64,000 bases of DNA, taken from an uncultured delta proteobacterium. Lineage in GTDB: Bacteria; Myxococcota; Myxococcia; Myxococcales; Myxococcaceae. Made by a program: the position numbers and the translations under genes. The notes below the pieces were generated by a model. That model was not told the origin of the DNA. It ran no database searches and worked only from the letters and a program-made list of their open reading frames with translations. Below, one piece after another: positions 1 through 10,807 of the stretch. Location: NCBI GenBank assembly GCA_963796055.1, contig CAWCKH010000003.1:32001-96000 (forward strand). The letters run 5' to 3'. The first letter of the stretch is position 1, and each line of letters begins with the position of its first letter.

Positions 1-562
1 GCGTCCCGGCGAGCCCCGCCCCGTCGAGCGCGGTGCGGATGGCCCTCACCCGCCCGTCCATCATGTCGGAGGGGGCGACGACGTCCGCGCCGGCCCGGGC
101 ACACGAGACTGCCATCTGTGCCAGCAGGGGCAGGCTCTGGTCGTTGTCCACCTCGCCCCCGTGGATGACCCCGCAGTGGCCGTGGTCGGTGTACTCGCAG
201 AGGCACACGTCGGCGATGAGCTGCAGCTCGGGCACCGAGGCCTTCATCGCCCGGAGCGCCTTCTGGACGATGCCGTCCTCGGCCCAGGCCCCCGTCCCCC
301 GCGGATCCTTGTGGCCCGGGATGCCGAAGAGGATGACTGCCGGCACCCCCACCGCCCGGGCGCGCTTTGCCTCCTCGACCGCCAGGTCGACCGAGAGGTT
401 GTCGATGCCCGGCATGGAGGGCACTGGCTTCCGGACGTTCCGGCCCTCGACCACGAAGAGCGGGTAGATGAAGTCCGACGGCCGGAGCTCGGTTTCGCGC
501 ACCATGCGCCGGAGCGCCTCGGTGCGGCGCAGTCGGCGGGGACGGTGGGTCGGAAAGGCCAT
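1..562 (-). CDS. hemB: Porphobilinogen synthase (ALA dehydratase), runs off the left edge of the window
   Basis: Manual translation from ATG at 562: [40 protein letters not shown]..., later [14 protein letters not shown] and [11 protein letters not shown], typical HemB motifs. Not in the ORF track because it is truncated. Confidence 0.95.
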   Translation of the reverse strand, partial: MAFPTHRPRRLRRTEALRRMVRETELRPSDFIYPLFVVEGRNVRKPVPSMPGIDNLSVDLAVEEAKRARAVGVPAVILFGIPGHKDPRGTGAWAEDGIVQKALRAMKASVPELQLIADVCLCEYTDHGHCGVIHGGEVDNDQSLPLLAQMAVSCARAGADVVAPSDMMDGRVRAIRTALDGAGLAGT

Positions 563-617
563 TCTGACGGCTCTGTTTTACCGCGACCGCCGACTCCGCG
601 CATTAAACAGGCGCCCC

Positions 618-1686
618 ATGCCCGGCGGCTTCTCCTGGACGGAGATCGGCGTCGACCCCGCCCGGGTCCGCATCATCCGCGAGGTGCCCCTGCCATCCCG
701 GGGCGACTTCGTCCTGTACTGGTGCATGGTGAATCAGCGCGTGCCCCACAACCACGCGCTGCAGACGGCCATCGCTCTGGGGAACAGGCTCCGGCTTCCG
801 GTCGTCTGCTACCACGCGCTGCGGCCGGACTACCCGCACGCCTCCGACCGGCTGCACGCCTTCGTCCTCCAGGGGCTGGACGAGCTGGGGGGCGCCATGC
901 GCGCCCGGGGGGTGCCGTACTGGCTCGAACTCCCCCGGACCACCGCCCAGCACCTCCCCCGGCTGGCGGAGCTCGGGAAGCGGGCGGCGGCCATCGTCTC
1001 CGACTGGTTCCCCTCCTTCATCATCCCCGGGCACCTGCGCGGGGCGGCGAGGACGCTGGCGGTTCCACTGGTGGCGGTGGACGCCTCCTGCGTGGTTCCC
1101 ATGCAGCGCATCCCCGAGAAGCAGGTAGGGGCCTACGCGCTCCGGCCCAAGCTCCGGAAGCTCTGGCCGGAGTACCTGGGCAAGCTCCCCGACGGGCCCG
1201 ACCCTGCGCACGCCCCGGCCTCCTTTGTGGGCCCAGCAGACGCTGCGCGCGCACGCCAGGGACCGGCGCGAGCACCTCTACACGCTCGAGCAGCTCGACC
1301 GGGGCGAGACCGGCGACCCGCTCTGGAACGCCGCCCAGCGCGAGCTCCGCGAGGAGGGGCGCATCCACGGCTACCTACGCATGCTGTGGGGGAAGAAGAT
1401 CCTCGAGTGGAGCCCCTCGCCGGACGAGGCGCTGGGGCGGCTCGCCCACCTCAACGACCGTTACGCGCTCGATGGACGGGACGCGGTCAGCGTGGCCAAC
1501 TTCATGTGGGTGCTCGGGCTGCACGACAGGCCCTTCCAGGAACGCCGGGTCCTCGGCAAGGTTCGGCCGATGAGCTCGCTCCGGACGGCGGAGAAAGTCG
1601 ACCTGGGACCCTACCTGGCCCGCTACGGTGGGCCGGACGCAGCCCGGGTGAAGCTTCCGAGGCGACGCAAGGCTGAAGGAGTCTGA
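618..1686 (+). pseudogene. phr: Class II CPD photolyase, internally deleted and frameshifted near 1226
   Basis: N-part (frame of ORF 468..1676 from ATG 618): VLYWCMVNQRVPHNHAL...KQVGAYALRPKL. C-part (ORF 1225..1686): WAQQTLRAH..DPLWNAAQREL..IHGYLRMLWGKKILEW..LNDRYALDGRD..GLHDRPFQERRVLGKVRPMS. The usual central SxLSPYLHFG / EELxxRREL segment is absent. Confidence 0.8.
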
Positions 1687-1692
1687 ACGACG

Positions 1693-2004
1693 ATGGGCAA
1701 GATCGACTTCCACGTGGCGCACACGCTCTCGCTCGCCGAGGCCAAGAAGCGGATGGAGCGCCTCACCGCCCACTGGGCCAAGCACGGCATCCAGTCCACC
1801 TGGGCCGGAGACGAGGCGAAGCTCCACGGCAGGGTGCTGGGCATCCACCTGGATGCGACGCTGCGGGTCACCGACAAGACGGTGGGCGGAGAAGCGAGCG
1901 ATCCCGGGCTCCTGCTTCGCGGGCAGGCAAAGAAGTACCTGACCCACAAGTTCGCGACCTGGCTCGACCCGAAGAAGTCGATCGAGGAGCTCGAGCGGAG
2001 TTGA
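1693..2004 (+). CDS. Putative polyhydroxyalkanoic acid system family protein
   Basis: 103 aa; HTLSLAEAKKRM...W.GDEAKLHG pattern resembles the PHA_gran_rgn family; AAGGAG-like RBS upstream. Confidence 0.7.
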   Translation: MGKIDFHVAHTLSLAEAKKRMERLTAHWAKHGIQSTWAGDEAKLHGRVLGIHLDATLRVTDKTVGGEASDPGLLLRGQAKKYLTHKFATWLDPKKSIEELERS

Positions 2005-2012
2005 GTCCGGCT

Positions 2013-2069
2013 CCGCCCTGAGGAGGTCCAAGGCCCGCCTCGGCGAGCGGCAGACCCCTCCTCGGGCGG
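2013..2069 (+). terminator. GC-rich hairpin downstream of the phr / PHA-family genes
   Basis: CCGCCCTGAGGAGG ... CCTCCTCGGGCGG inverted repeat with one bulge, just after the stop at 2004; no U-tract. Confidence 0.35.
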
Positions 2070-2465
2070 CCTGCGCGCCTTCGAGAGCTCAGGGGAGGCA
2101 CGGGCGTGTTGCATTCGAGCCGGCGGCCTCGGCCACGGGGTGCGCTGCAAGCCGTCCCGGCCGGGCGACCGATTCGGTATGCCCAGGGCGCTTCCAAATA
2201 CCAAACCGGTCGGGCAGCTGGGCCGGGGGGGGGCCGGCACCTGGCGGGCCCGTCCCGAACGGTTTCGCTGACCGCGTACTCGAAGCACCGCCCTCAGCTC
2301 CGGTGGGGTCGGCGGCTCACGTGAGCGGCGCGGGGTCGCGCAGGCCGTCCGGGACCGCCTCCGCGCACCGCCTCACGACCGGCGGTGTCCCATCGGGGCA
2401 ACGTGCACACGGGCGACGCCCCCCTGGGGCGCCGTTCCACGCGCTTGCGCTAGGGTCCCCCATCG

Positions 2466-3941
2466 ATGCGTGACACCCGGATGAGCCTGGCCAGCTTCGA
2501 GCGACTCGCTACCCGGGGGAACCTCGTGCCGGTGTGGCGCGAGCTCCCGGGGGACACCGAGACGCCGGTCAGCGCCTTCCTCAAGCTGCCCACGCCCTCG
2601 CACGCCTTCCTGCTCGAGTCGGTGCAGGGCGGCGAGCGCTGGGGCCGGTACTCCTTCCTCGGGGACGAGCCCATCGCGCTGGTGCGCCAGGGTCCGGACG
2701 GGGTGGTGATCGAGCAGGCCGGCTCGCGCACCTTCGAGGACCAGCTGCCCCCGCTGGACGCCCTTCGCGAGCTGATGGAGCCATTCGAGTTCGCGCGGCC
2801 CGAAGACGCCCCGCCCTTCGTCGGCGGCCTGGTGGGCTACCTGGGACACGGCGCGGTGCGCTGGTTCGAGCCCCGCGTGCCCCAGCGCCACGGGCCCGAT
2901 CCGGACTTCCCCGACGGCGAGTGGATGCTCGTCGACCGCTGCGCGGTGTTCGACAACCTGAGTCACCGGCTCCGAACCTGGGCCTCGGTGCACCTGCCGC
3001 TCCACGGCAGCGTGGAGGCCGCGTACCGGGCGGCGATGGAGCGGGCGGACGCTCTCGCCGAGGCCCTGCAACGGCCGCTGCCCGCGCCCGGGCCGGTGCC
3101 GAAGCTCGGCGGGCTCGAGGACGGCTGGGAGCGCGCCGGCGTCGAGGCGGCCGTGGCGCGGGCCCGCGAGTACATCGCCGCCGGGGACTGCTACCAGGTG
3201 GTGCTCTCCAGGCGGTTGTCGGCCGACTACGAGGGCGATCCCTTCGAGCTGTACCGGGCGCTCCGTCGGGTGTCCCCCACCCCCTACCTGTTCTTCCTCC
3301 GCTTCGGCGCGCGGGCCCTGGCCGGCGCTTCGCCCGAGCTGCTGGTCCGCCTCTCGGGCGAGACGGTGACGGTGCGTCCCATCGCCGGCACCCGGAAGCG
3401 CGGGGCCACGCCCCGGGAGGACGCGGCGCTCGAGGCGGAGCTGAAGGCGGACCCGAAGGAGAGGGCCGAGCACGTGATGCTGGTGGACCTCGGCCGGAAC
3501 GACGTGGGGCGGGTCAGCCGTCCGGGCACGGTGAAGGTCGAGGAACGCGAGGTCATCGAGCGTTACAGCCACGTGATGCACATGGTCAGCCAGGTCTCCG
3601 GCACGCTCGACCCGGGGCTCGACGCCTGGGACGTGGTCGCGGCCACCTTCCCCGCCGGCACCGTCAGCGGGGCCCCCAAGGTGCGGGCGCTGGAGATCAT
3701 CGACGCGCTGGAGCCGGTCTCGCGCGGGCCCTACGCCGGGGCCGCGGGGTACGTCGGCTTCGACGGCGACATGGACCTGGCCATCGTCATCCGCAGCGTC
3801 GCCCTGAGCGGACGGCGGCTGCGGTTCCAGGCCGGCGCGGGCATCGTGCATGACAGCATCCCCGAGGCCGAGTACCAGGAGACGGCGCACAAGCTCCGGG
3901 CTGCCTTGGTCGCCATCGCCGGAGACGAGGCAGGCCAGTGA
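2466..3941 (+). CDS. trpE: Anthranilate synthase component I
   Basis: DTETPVSAFLKL, LLESV..GERWGRYS, ASPELLV, RPIAGTRKRG, KERAEHVMLVDLGRND, TFPAGTVSGAPKVRA. Alternative start ATG 2481. Confidence 0.95.
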   Translation: MRDTRMSLASFERLATRGNLVPVWRELPGDTETPVSAFLKLPTPSHAFLLESVQGGERWGRYSFLGDEPIALVRQGPDGVVIEQAGSRTFEDQLPPLDALRELMEPFEFARPEDAPPFVGGLVGYLGHGAVRWFEPRVPQRHGPDPDFPDGEWMLVDRCAVFDNLSHRLRTWASVHLPLHGSVEAAYRAAMERADALAEALQRPLPAPGPVPKLGGLEDGWERAGVEAAVARAREYIAAGDCYQVVLSRRLSADYEGDPFELYRALRRVSPTPYLFFLRFGARALAGASPELLVRLSGETVTVRPIAGTRKRGATPREDAALEAELKADPKERAEHVMLVDLGRNDVGRVSRPGTVKVEEREVIERYSHVMHMVSQVSGTLDPGLDAWDVVAATFPAGTVSGAPKVRALEIIDALEPVSRGPYAGAAGYVGFDGDMDLAIVIRSVALSGRRLRFQAGAGIVHDSIPEAEYQETAHKLRAALVAIAGDEAGQ

Positions 3942-4516
3942 TCCTCGTGGTCGACAACTACGACTCGTTCACCTTCAATCTGGTCCAGGCCCTCCAGTCG
4001 CTGGGCGCCGAGGTGGAGGTGCACCGGAACGACGAGATCTCCGTCGACGACGTCCGGGCGATGGCCCCGGAGGCGGTGGTCCTCAGCCCGGGGCCTTGCA
4101 CCCCGGCCGAGGCCGGCATCTCCGTCCCGCTCGTCCGGGCGCTCAGCGGCTCGCTCCCGATCCTCGGGGTCTGCCTGGGCCACCAGTCCATCGGCGTGGC
4201 CTTCGGCGGGGTGGTCAAGCGCGCGGGGCGGGTGGTGCACGGGAAGACGTCCCCCGTCTCGCACGAGGGCACCGGGCTGTTCGCCGGCCTGCCGCGTCCG
4301 CTCCCCGTCGGCCGCTACCACTCGCTGGTCGTCGAGCGGAGCACCTTGCCGGAGGTGCTCGAGGTCACCGCGGTCTCCGCCGACGACGGGGAGGTGATGG
4401 CCCTCCGCCACCGGACCCACCCCACCGTGGGCGTGCAGTTCCACCCGGAGAGCGTGCTCACCCCGGACGGCCCGGTGCTGCTCCGGAACTTCCTAAAGGG
4501 ACGGCTCGGTCCATGA
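3938..4516 (+). CDS. trpG: Anthranilate synthase component II (glutamine amidotransferase)
   Basis: DNYDSFTFNL, SPGPCTP, GVCLGHQ, RYHSL, QFHPES; GTGA overlap with trpE. Confidence 0.95.
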   Translation: MILVVDNYDSFTFNLVQALQSLGAEVEVHRNDEISVDDVRAMAPEAVVLSPGPCTPAEAGISVPLVRALSGSLPILGVCLGHQSIGVAFGGVVKRAGRVVHGKTSPVSHEGTGLFAGLPRPLPVGRYHSLVVERSTLPEVLEVTAVSADDGEVMALRHRTHPTVGVQFHPESVLTPDGPVLLRNFLKGRLGP

Positions 4517-5535
4517 AGGCCATCCTCCAGAAGCTGGTGGAACGGGTGGACCTCAGCCCCGCCGAGGTCGAGGCCGCCTTCGAGGCCATCTTCCAGGGCG
4601 AGGCCACCCCGGCGCAGATGGGCGCCTTCCTCGTCGGGCTCCGGATGAAAGGCGAGACGCCGGCGGAGATCGCCGCGGCGGCCACGGTGATGCGCCGCCG
4701 GGCCACCCCGGTGCGCACCCCGGCGGGACGGTTGGTCCTGGATACGTGTGGAACGGGCGGCGACGGCGCCGGCACCTTCAACATCTCCACCGCCGCCGCC
4801 CTGGTCGTCGCCGGGGCGGGCGTCACCGTGGCCAAGCACGGCAACCGCAGCGTCTCCTCCCAGAGCGGGAGCGCCGACCTCCTGACCGCCTGTGGCGTCC
4901 AGATCGACGCGCCGGTGGAGGTCGTCGAGCACTGTCTGGCCGAGGTGCGGATCGGCTTTCTCTACGCGCCCGCGTTGCACGGGGCCATGCGGCACGTCGG
5001 TCCGGTGCGACGCGAGGTGGGGGTACGAAGCATCTTCAACCTGCTCGGGCCTCTCGCCAACCCGGCCCACGCAACCCGCCAGCTGCTGGGCGTGTACGCC
5101 GCCTCGCTGGTCCCCGTGGTGGCCGAGACGCTGGCCCGGCTCGGGACGGAGCGGGCCCTGGTCGTCCACGGCCTCGAGGGGCTGGACGAGATCTCCCCCA
5201 CCGGGCCCACCCGCGCCGCATGGGTCGAGGCCGGACAGGTGCGCGAGGTGCTGCTCCGGCCGGAGGACGGTGGCCTGAAGCCGGTCGCCGGCGGCAGCAT
5301 CCGGGGTGGCACGCCCGAGGACAACGCCCGGCTCCTGGCCGGCCTGCTCGACGGACGCGACGGCCCGCTGCGCGACGCCGTGCTCCTGAACGCCGGGGCG
5401 GCGCTGTGGGTCGCCGACGCGGTGGACACGCTGGCCGAGGGTGTGCTCCGGGCGGCGGAGAGCATCGACTCCGGGGCGGCACGCACCCGGCTGGAGCGCC
5501 TGGTGGCCCTCACCCGGGCGGGCGTGACGGCGTGA
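4513..5535 (+). CDS. trpD: Anthranilate phosphoribosyltransferase
   Basis: DTCGTGGDG, FNIST, KHGNRSVSSQSGSAD, FNLLGPLANP; ATGA overlap with trpG. Confidence 0.96.
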   Translation: MKAILQKLVERVDLSPAEVEAAFEAIFQGEATPAQMGAFLVGLRMKGETPAEIAAAATVMRRRATPVRTPAGRLVLDTCGTGGDGAGTFNISTAAALVVAGAGVTVAKHGNRSVSSQSGSADLLTACGVQIDAPVEVVEHCLAEVRIGFLYAPALHGAMRHVGPVRREVGVRSIFNLLGPLANPAHATRQLLGVYAASLVPVVAETLARLGTERALVVHGLEGLDEISPTGPTRAAWVEAGQVREVLLRPEDGGLKPVAGGSIRGGTPEDNARLLAGLLDGRDGPLRDAVLLNAGAALWVADAVDTLAEGVLRAAESIDSGAARTRLERLVALTRAGVTA

Positions 5536-6353
5536 GCTCCGGGGGCGCCCACGCGCGCGCCTGGCGGCCACCCCGCGGCGTGCTGGCGGAGCTGGTGGAG
5601 GCGGCCCGCGAGGACTGCGCACGGCGCATGCGCGATCGCCCGCGGCTCCTGGCCGAGGTGGCGAGCCGGCCACGCCGGACCCCTGGGTTCGAGGCTGCGC
5701 TCCGGGGCGGCCCTGGGTTCCCCCTCATCGGCGAGGTGAAGCGCGCCTCGCCTTCCGCCGGGGCCATCCGCGCGGTCGACGCACCGGCGCAAGCACGGGC
5801 CTACGTCGATGGCGGCGCGCGATGTGTGAGCGTGCTCACCGAGGCGCGCCGTTTCGGCGGCTCCCTGGACGACCTCCGTGCGGTCCGCGCAGTGGTCGAT
5901 GTCCCGCTGCTGCGGAAGGACTTCGTGGTCGAGCCGTACATGGTGGCGGAGGCCGCCGAGGCCGGGGCGGACGCCGTCCTCCTCATCGCCGGCGCGCTGG
6001 AGCCCGAGCGCCTGCGCACCCTGTGGACCACCGCCCGTGAGCTCGGGCTCGACGTGCTGCTCGAGGTGGTCCAGCCCTTCGAGCTGGATGCGCCGGAGGC
6101 GCTGGGCGCGACGCTGGTCGGGGTGAACGCCCGCGACCTCGAGACGCTCGAGGTCGACGCGGGGCGGTTCGAGCGACTCGCTCCGTCGATTGCCCGGCCA
6201 GGGCGGCTCCTGGTGGCGGAGAGTGGAATCCGCGCCGTGGCGGACGTCCGGCGCCTCGCCGCGGCGGGGGCCGGCGCGGTGCTGGTGGGCGAGAGCCTGA
6301 TGCGGGCGCCGGATCCCGTGGCGGCGGTACGGGCCCTGGTGGAGGCGGCGTGA
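5532..6353 (+). CDS. trpC: Indole-3-glycerol-phosphate synthase
   Basis: [60 protein letters not shown] overlap with trpD. Confidence 0.95.
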   Translation: MSSGGAHARAWRPPRGVLAELVEAAREDCARRMRDRPRLLAEVASRPRRTPGFEAALRGGPGFPLIGEVKRASPSAGAIRAVDAPAQARAYVDGGARCVSVLTEARRFGGSLDDLRAVRAVVDVPLLRKDFVVEPYMVAEAAEAGADAVLLIAGALEPERLRTLWTTARELGLDVLLEVVQPFELDAPEALGATLVGVNARDLETLEVDAGRFERLAPSIARPGRLLVAESGIRAVADVRRLAAAGAGAVLVGESLMRAPDPVAAVRALVEAA

Positions 6354-6963
6354 GAACGCGGGTGAAGATCTGCGGCATCACCCGGCTCGCGGACGCGCTG
6401 GCCTCGGTCGAGGCCGGTGCAGACGCGGTGGGGTTCAACCTCTGGCCGGGCAGCAAGCGCCACGTCCCGCTCCACCGGGCAGTGGAGATCGCGGAGGCAT
6501 TGCCCCCTGGCGTGCTCCGCGTCGGGGTCTTCGTCCGGGCGAGCCCGGACCAGGTCCACGCCGCGGCACGCGCCCTCGGTCTGGGCGCAGTCCAGCTCCA
6601 CGGCGACGAGGACCCGGAGGACTACGCCCGGGTCGGCGCGGCCCTCTGGCAGGTGCTGCGGATCGGATCCGCACTTCCGCCGTCGGTGTCGCCCCGGGCG
6701 GCCGAGCTGCTGCTGGATGCGAAGGTGGATGGGTTCGGCGGCTCGGGGCAGCGCTTCGACTGGTCGCTGGCGCAGGGTGCGCGGCGGTTCGGGCTGCCGT
6801 TCTGGCTCGCGGGCGGACTGTCGCCGGCCAACGTCGGCGAGGCGGTCCGGCGGGCAGCGCCCGACGGGGTGGACGTGGCCTCCGGAGTGGAGTCGAGCCC
6901 CGGGGTGAAGGACGTGGGAATGGTGCGGGCCTTCGTGGCCGCGGTGCGCGCGGCGGAGGAGCG

Positions 6964-6967
<4 letters not shown>
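6350..6967 (+). CDS. trpF: Phosphoribosylanthranilate isomerase
   Basis: [35 protein letters not shown]. Confidence 0.95.
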
Positions 6968-8172
<1,205 letters not shown>

Positions 8173-8188
8173 GCGGGACGACGGGCCG

Positions 8189-8993
8189 ATGAATCGTCTG
8201 GAGCGCCATTTTCAGACGGCCCACACGGCAAGCCGGAAGTCGCTGATCGTCTATCTCTGCGCGGGCGATCCCGACCTCGCGGCGACCGAACGGCTCGTGC
8301 CCGCACTCGCGGCCGCGGGCGCCGACGTCATCGAGCTCGGTGTGCCCTTCTCGGATCCTCTCGCCGATGGCCCGACCATCCAGCGCGCGGCCGAGCGGGC
8401 TCTGCGCTCTGGAACGACCTTGACCGGCATCCTCGGCCTCGTCGGTCGCCTCCGCCGCCAGGGCTGTGACGTCCCCCTGGTGCTCATGGGCTACATGAAC
8501 CCCATCGTGCGGATGGGGGTGGACGACTTCGTCGCCCGCTCGGCCGAGGTCGGCGTGGACGGGTTCATCGTCCCCGACCTGCCACTCGAGGAGGCGAACA
8601 CGCTGGGGGATGCCGCCGAGGCGAAGGGCCTCTCGCTGGTCCTCCTCGCGGCCCCGACCACGCCGGCCGACCGGCTCAGGAAGATCGGGAGCCGGACCCG
8701 GGGATTCCTCTACTTCGTGAGCGTCACCGGGGTCACCGGAGCCCGGGCGGCGCTGCCGGCCGACCTCCCCGCCCGGCTCGACGCGGTCCGCGCCGCGAGC
8801 AAGGCCCCGGTCGCCGTCGGATTCGGCATCTCCGCCCCGGAGCAAGCCCGCGCGCTGGCCGAGCATGCCGATGGCGTGGTGGTGGGGAGCGCGCTGGTGG
8901 CGGAGATCGCTCGAATCGGGCGGGAGCGTCGAGGGGCCCGCCGCGCTGGTGCGTTCGCTGGCAGAGGCCGTCCACGGGATCGGCGCCCGCTGA
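8189..8993 (+). CDS. trpA: Tryptophan synthase alpha chain; apparent single-base insertion near 8915
   Basis: IELGVPFSDPLADGPTIQ, LMGYMNP, GVTGAR, VGFGIS, ADGVVVGSAL. As written the ORF reads on to 9151 into the opposing gene; removing one A in CGAATCG gives a normal C-terminal helix SGGSVEGPAALVRSLAEAVHGIGAR* ending at TGA 8991-8993. Confidence 0.9.
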
Positions 8994-9006
8994 GTCGACG
9001 GAGGCG

Positions 9007-9876
9007 TCATCTCGGCAGCGTCTCGACCACTGCCGCGGCGAAGCGCTCCGCAGCGCCCGGGCTCGATTCCAGGAAGAGCGATGGCTCCACGAGCTCCAGC
9101 TCCATCAGCTCGAGGCGCCCGCTCCGCAAGACCCCGTCCACCCGGGCGTAGAGGGTCTGGTGACCCGATGCCTCCAGGGCCCGGCTTGCGGCGGCGATGA
9201 TCTCGCGCGCCGGGTCGGCAGCGGAGAACCTGCCCCCGAACTCCTCCTGGACACGGAAGTCACCTCGCTCCGGCCGCTTGAGCACCGCGTGGCTGTAGCG
9301 TCCGCGGAAGAAGAGCAGCGACCACTCCCCGTCGGAGACCAGCTCGGGCACGAACGGCTGGACCAGGCAGTCCATCGCCTCGAGCTGCCGGGCGAACCGT
9401 GCCGCATCCTCGTCGCCAGCCCGCGCGCGCCAGGTCTCGAACGCCCCGCCGGAGATGCTGGGCTTCACCACCGCCTCGCTCCAGCCCACGTCTCGCAGCA
9501 ACGACCGGAGCTCCATCCGGGACCCGCGGGCCAGGTGACGGGTCGGAACGATCGGAACGCCGCGGGCCTCGACGTCGAGCAGGTACTTCTTGTCGATGTT
9601 CCACCGCACTGTCGCCGGGTGGTTCCAGATCGGGATCCCTTTCCCCTCGACGTCGTCGAGCCAGGCCAGAAACTCGGCGAGCCGCAGGTGGTAATCCCAC
9701 ATCGACCGAAGGACGAGCGCCTCGAGCCCGTCCGGTACAGGCTCCGTCCACACCACCGGAACCACCTCCACCCCGTGACGCATGAGCACCGGGGCCACCG
9801 AGCGATCGTCGTCGGTCAGACCGCGGTGCTGGGCCGAGGTGACGAACCCCACCCGGTGGCCTGGAGGAGCCTTCAT
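9007..9876 (-). CDS. ATP-grasp (RimK / glutathione synthetase-like) protein
   Basis: LRSMWDY, WNIDKKYL, VVKPSISGGA, LVQPF, GDFRVQEEFGG, YARVDG, MELELVEPSLF. Confidence 0.85.
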   Translation of the reverse strand: MKAPPGHRVGFVTSAQHRGLTDDDRSVAPVLMRHGVEVVPVVWTEPVPDGLEALVLRSMWDYHLRLAEFLAWLDDVEGKGIPIWNHPATVRWNIDKKYLLDVEARGVPIVPTRHLARGSRMELRSLLRDVGWSEAVVKPSISGGAFETWRARAGDEDAARFARQLEAMDCLVQPFVPELVSDGEWSLLFFRGRYSHAVLKRPERGDFRVQEEFGGRFSAADPAREIIAAASRALEASGHQTLYARVDGVLRSGRLELMELELVEPSLFLESSPGAAERFAAAVVETLPR

Positions 9877-9901
9877 GGCTGAAGCCAGGCCATCCGCCCC
9901 C

Positions 9902-10807
9902 TCAGCCGGAAGCTCTGCCAGCCTCCCAGAACAGGCCCAAGGCGTCCACACAGCGCTCGAGCCAGCGGAGCCGCCCGACGGTGAAGGCCTGGGCGTTCGC
10001 GCTCTCCACGTCCAGCGTCCCCACCACGCCCGACGGACCGATCACCGGGAAGATGGCCTCCGCCCGGGTTCCCTCCAGGGTGGGCAGGTGGCGGGCGTCG
10101 TCCCGGACGTCCTGGGAGATGACCGGCTGCCGGCTCGCCACCGCCGCGGCGGTCAACCCCTCGGTCCGCGCGAACCGCGGATGCGTGGGTGCCGCCGGAC
10201 CGGCCCAGCCACGAACCTCCACCTCGGTCGGCCCGACATCGTAGAGCCCCACCCAGCGGAACCGGCCGGAGCGGCGGACGATCTCCGCCAGCTCCCGGGC
10301 GAGCACGCCGCGCTCCTCCGGGTGGGCGAGCCGTTCGGCGAGGAGCGCCGCGGTCCCCTCCGCATCCCGCTCGGGGCCTGGCGCGATCTCCAGCAGCAGC
10401 TCCAGCGCCTCGAGGTACGAGGCCAGCCCACGCCCGGCGCACATCGCCACCCGCACGTCCGCCAGAACGCTCACCCGTCGCCACTCCTCGCGCTTGCTCA
10501 CATCGGACAGATGGACCTCGATGCAGGGCACCGACATCGCCGCCACCGCGTCCCGCAGCGACCAGGCGTAGTGGGTCAGCGCAGCGGGATTGAACAGCAC
10601 GCCGTCCGCCCAGCGCCGCTCGGCATGCAGCCGGTCGATCAGCGCGCCCTCGTGGTTGCTCTGGAAGGTCCGCACCTCCGCGCCAAGATGCCGCCCCCGC
10701 TCGCCGATCCGCGCGTCGATTTCCTCCAGCGTCACACGCCCGTACACCGCCGGCTCGCGCTCCCCGAGCAGGTTGAGGTTCGGGCCGTGCAGCACCAGCA
10801 CCCGCAT
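9902..10807 (-). CDS. aroQ: Type II 3-dehydroquinate dehydratase fused to a C-terminal GAF domain
   Basis: N-terminal HGPNLNLLGEREPAVYG, QSNHEG, NPAALTH, EVHLS; C-terminal WVGLY..EGLTAAA..DVRDD..AEAIFPV..VVGTLDVES GAF pattern. TGATG overlap with aroB. Confidence 0.9.
   Translation of the reverse strand: MRVLVLHGPNLNLLGEREPAVYGRVTLEEIDARIGERGRHLGAEVRTFQSNHEGALIDRLHAERRWADGVLFNPAALTHYAWSLRDAVAAMSVPCIEVHLSDVSKREEWRRVSVLADVRVAMCAGRGLASYLEALELLLEIAPGPERDAEGTAALLAERLAHPEERGVLARELAEIVRRSGRFRWVGLYDVGPTEVEVRGWAGPAAPTHPRFARTEGLTAAAVASRQPVISQDVRDDARHLPTLEGTRAEAIFPVIGPSGVVGTLDVESANAQAFTVGRLRWLERCVDALGLFWEAGRASG

Noticed and set aside
2013..2069. Dispersed copy of the 79-bp repeat unit
   Set aside because: Shares only about 9 nt (CCGCCCTGA), which is within chance for this composition.
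2225..2233. G9 homopolymer as a phase-variation switch
   Set aside because: Intergenic, not tied to a recognisable promoter or supported ORF, and G-runs are expected at this GC content.
2179..2271. Trp attenuator leader peptide upstream of trpE (MPRALP...GTWRARPERFR)
   Set aside because: Only one Trp codon, no RBS, no terminator with U-tract; no T-box motif seen in 2005-2465 either.
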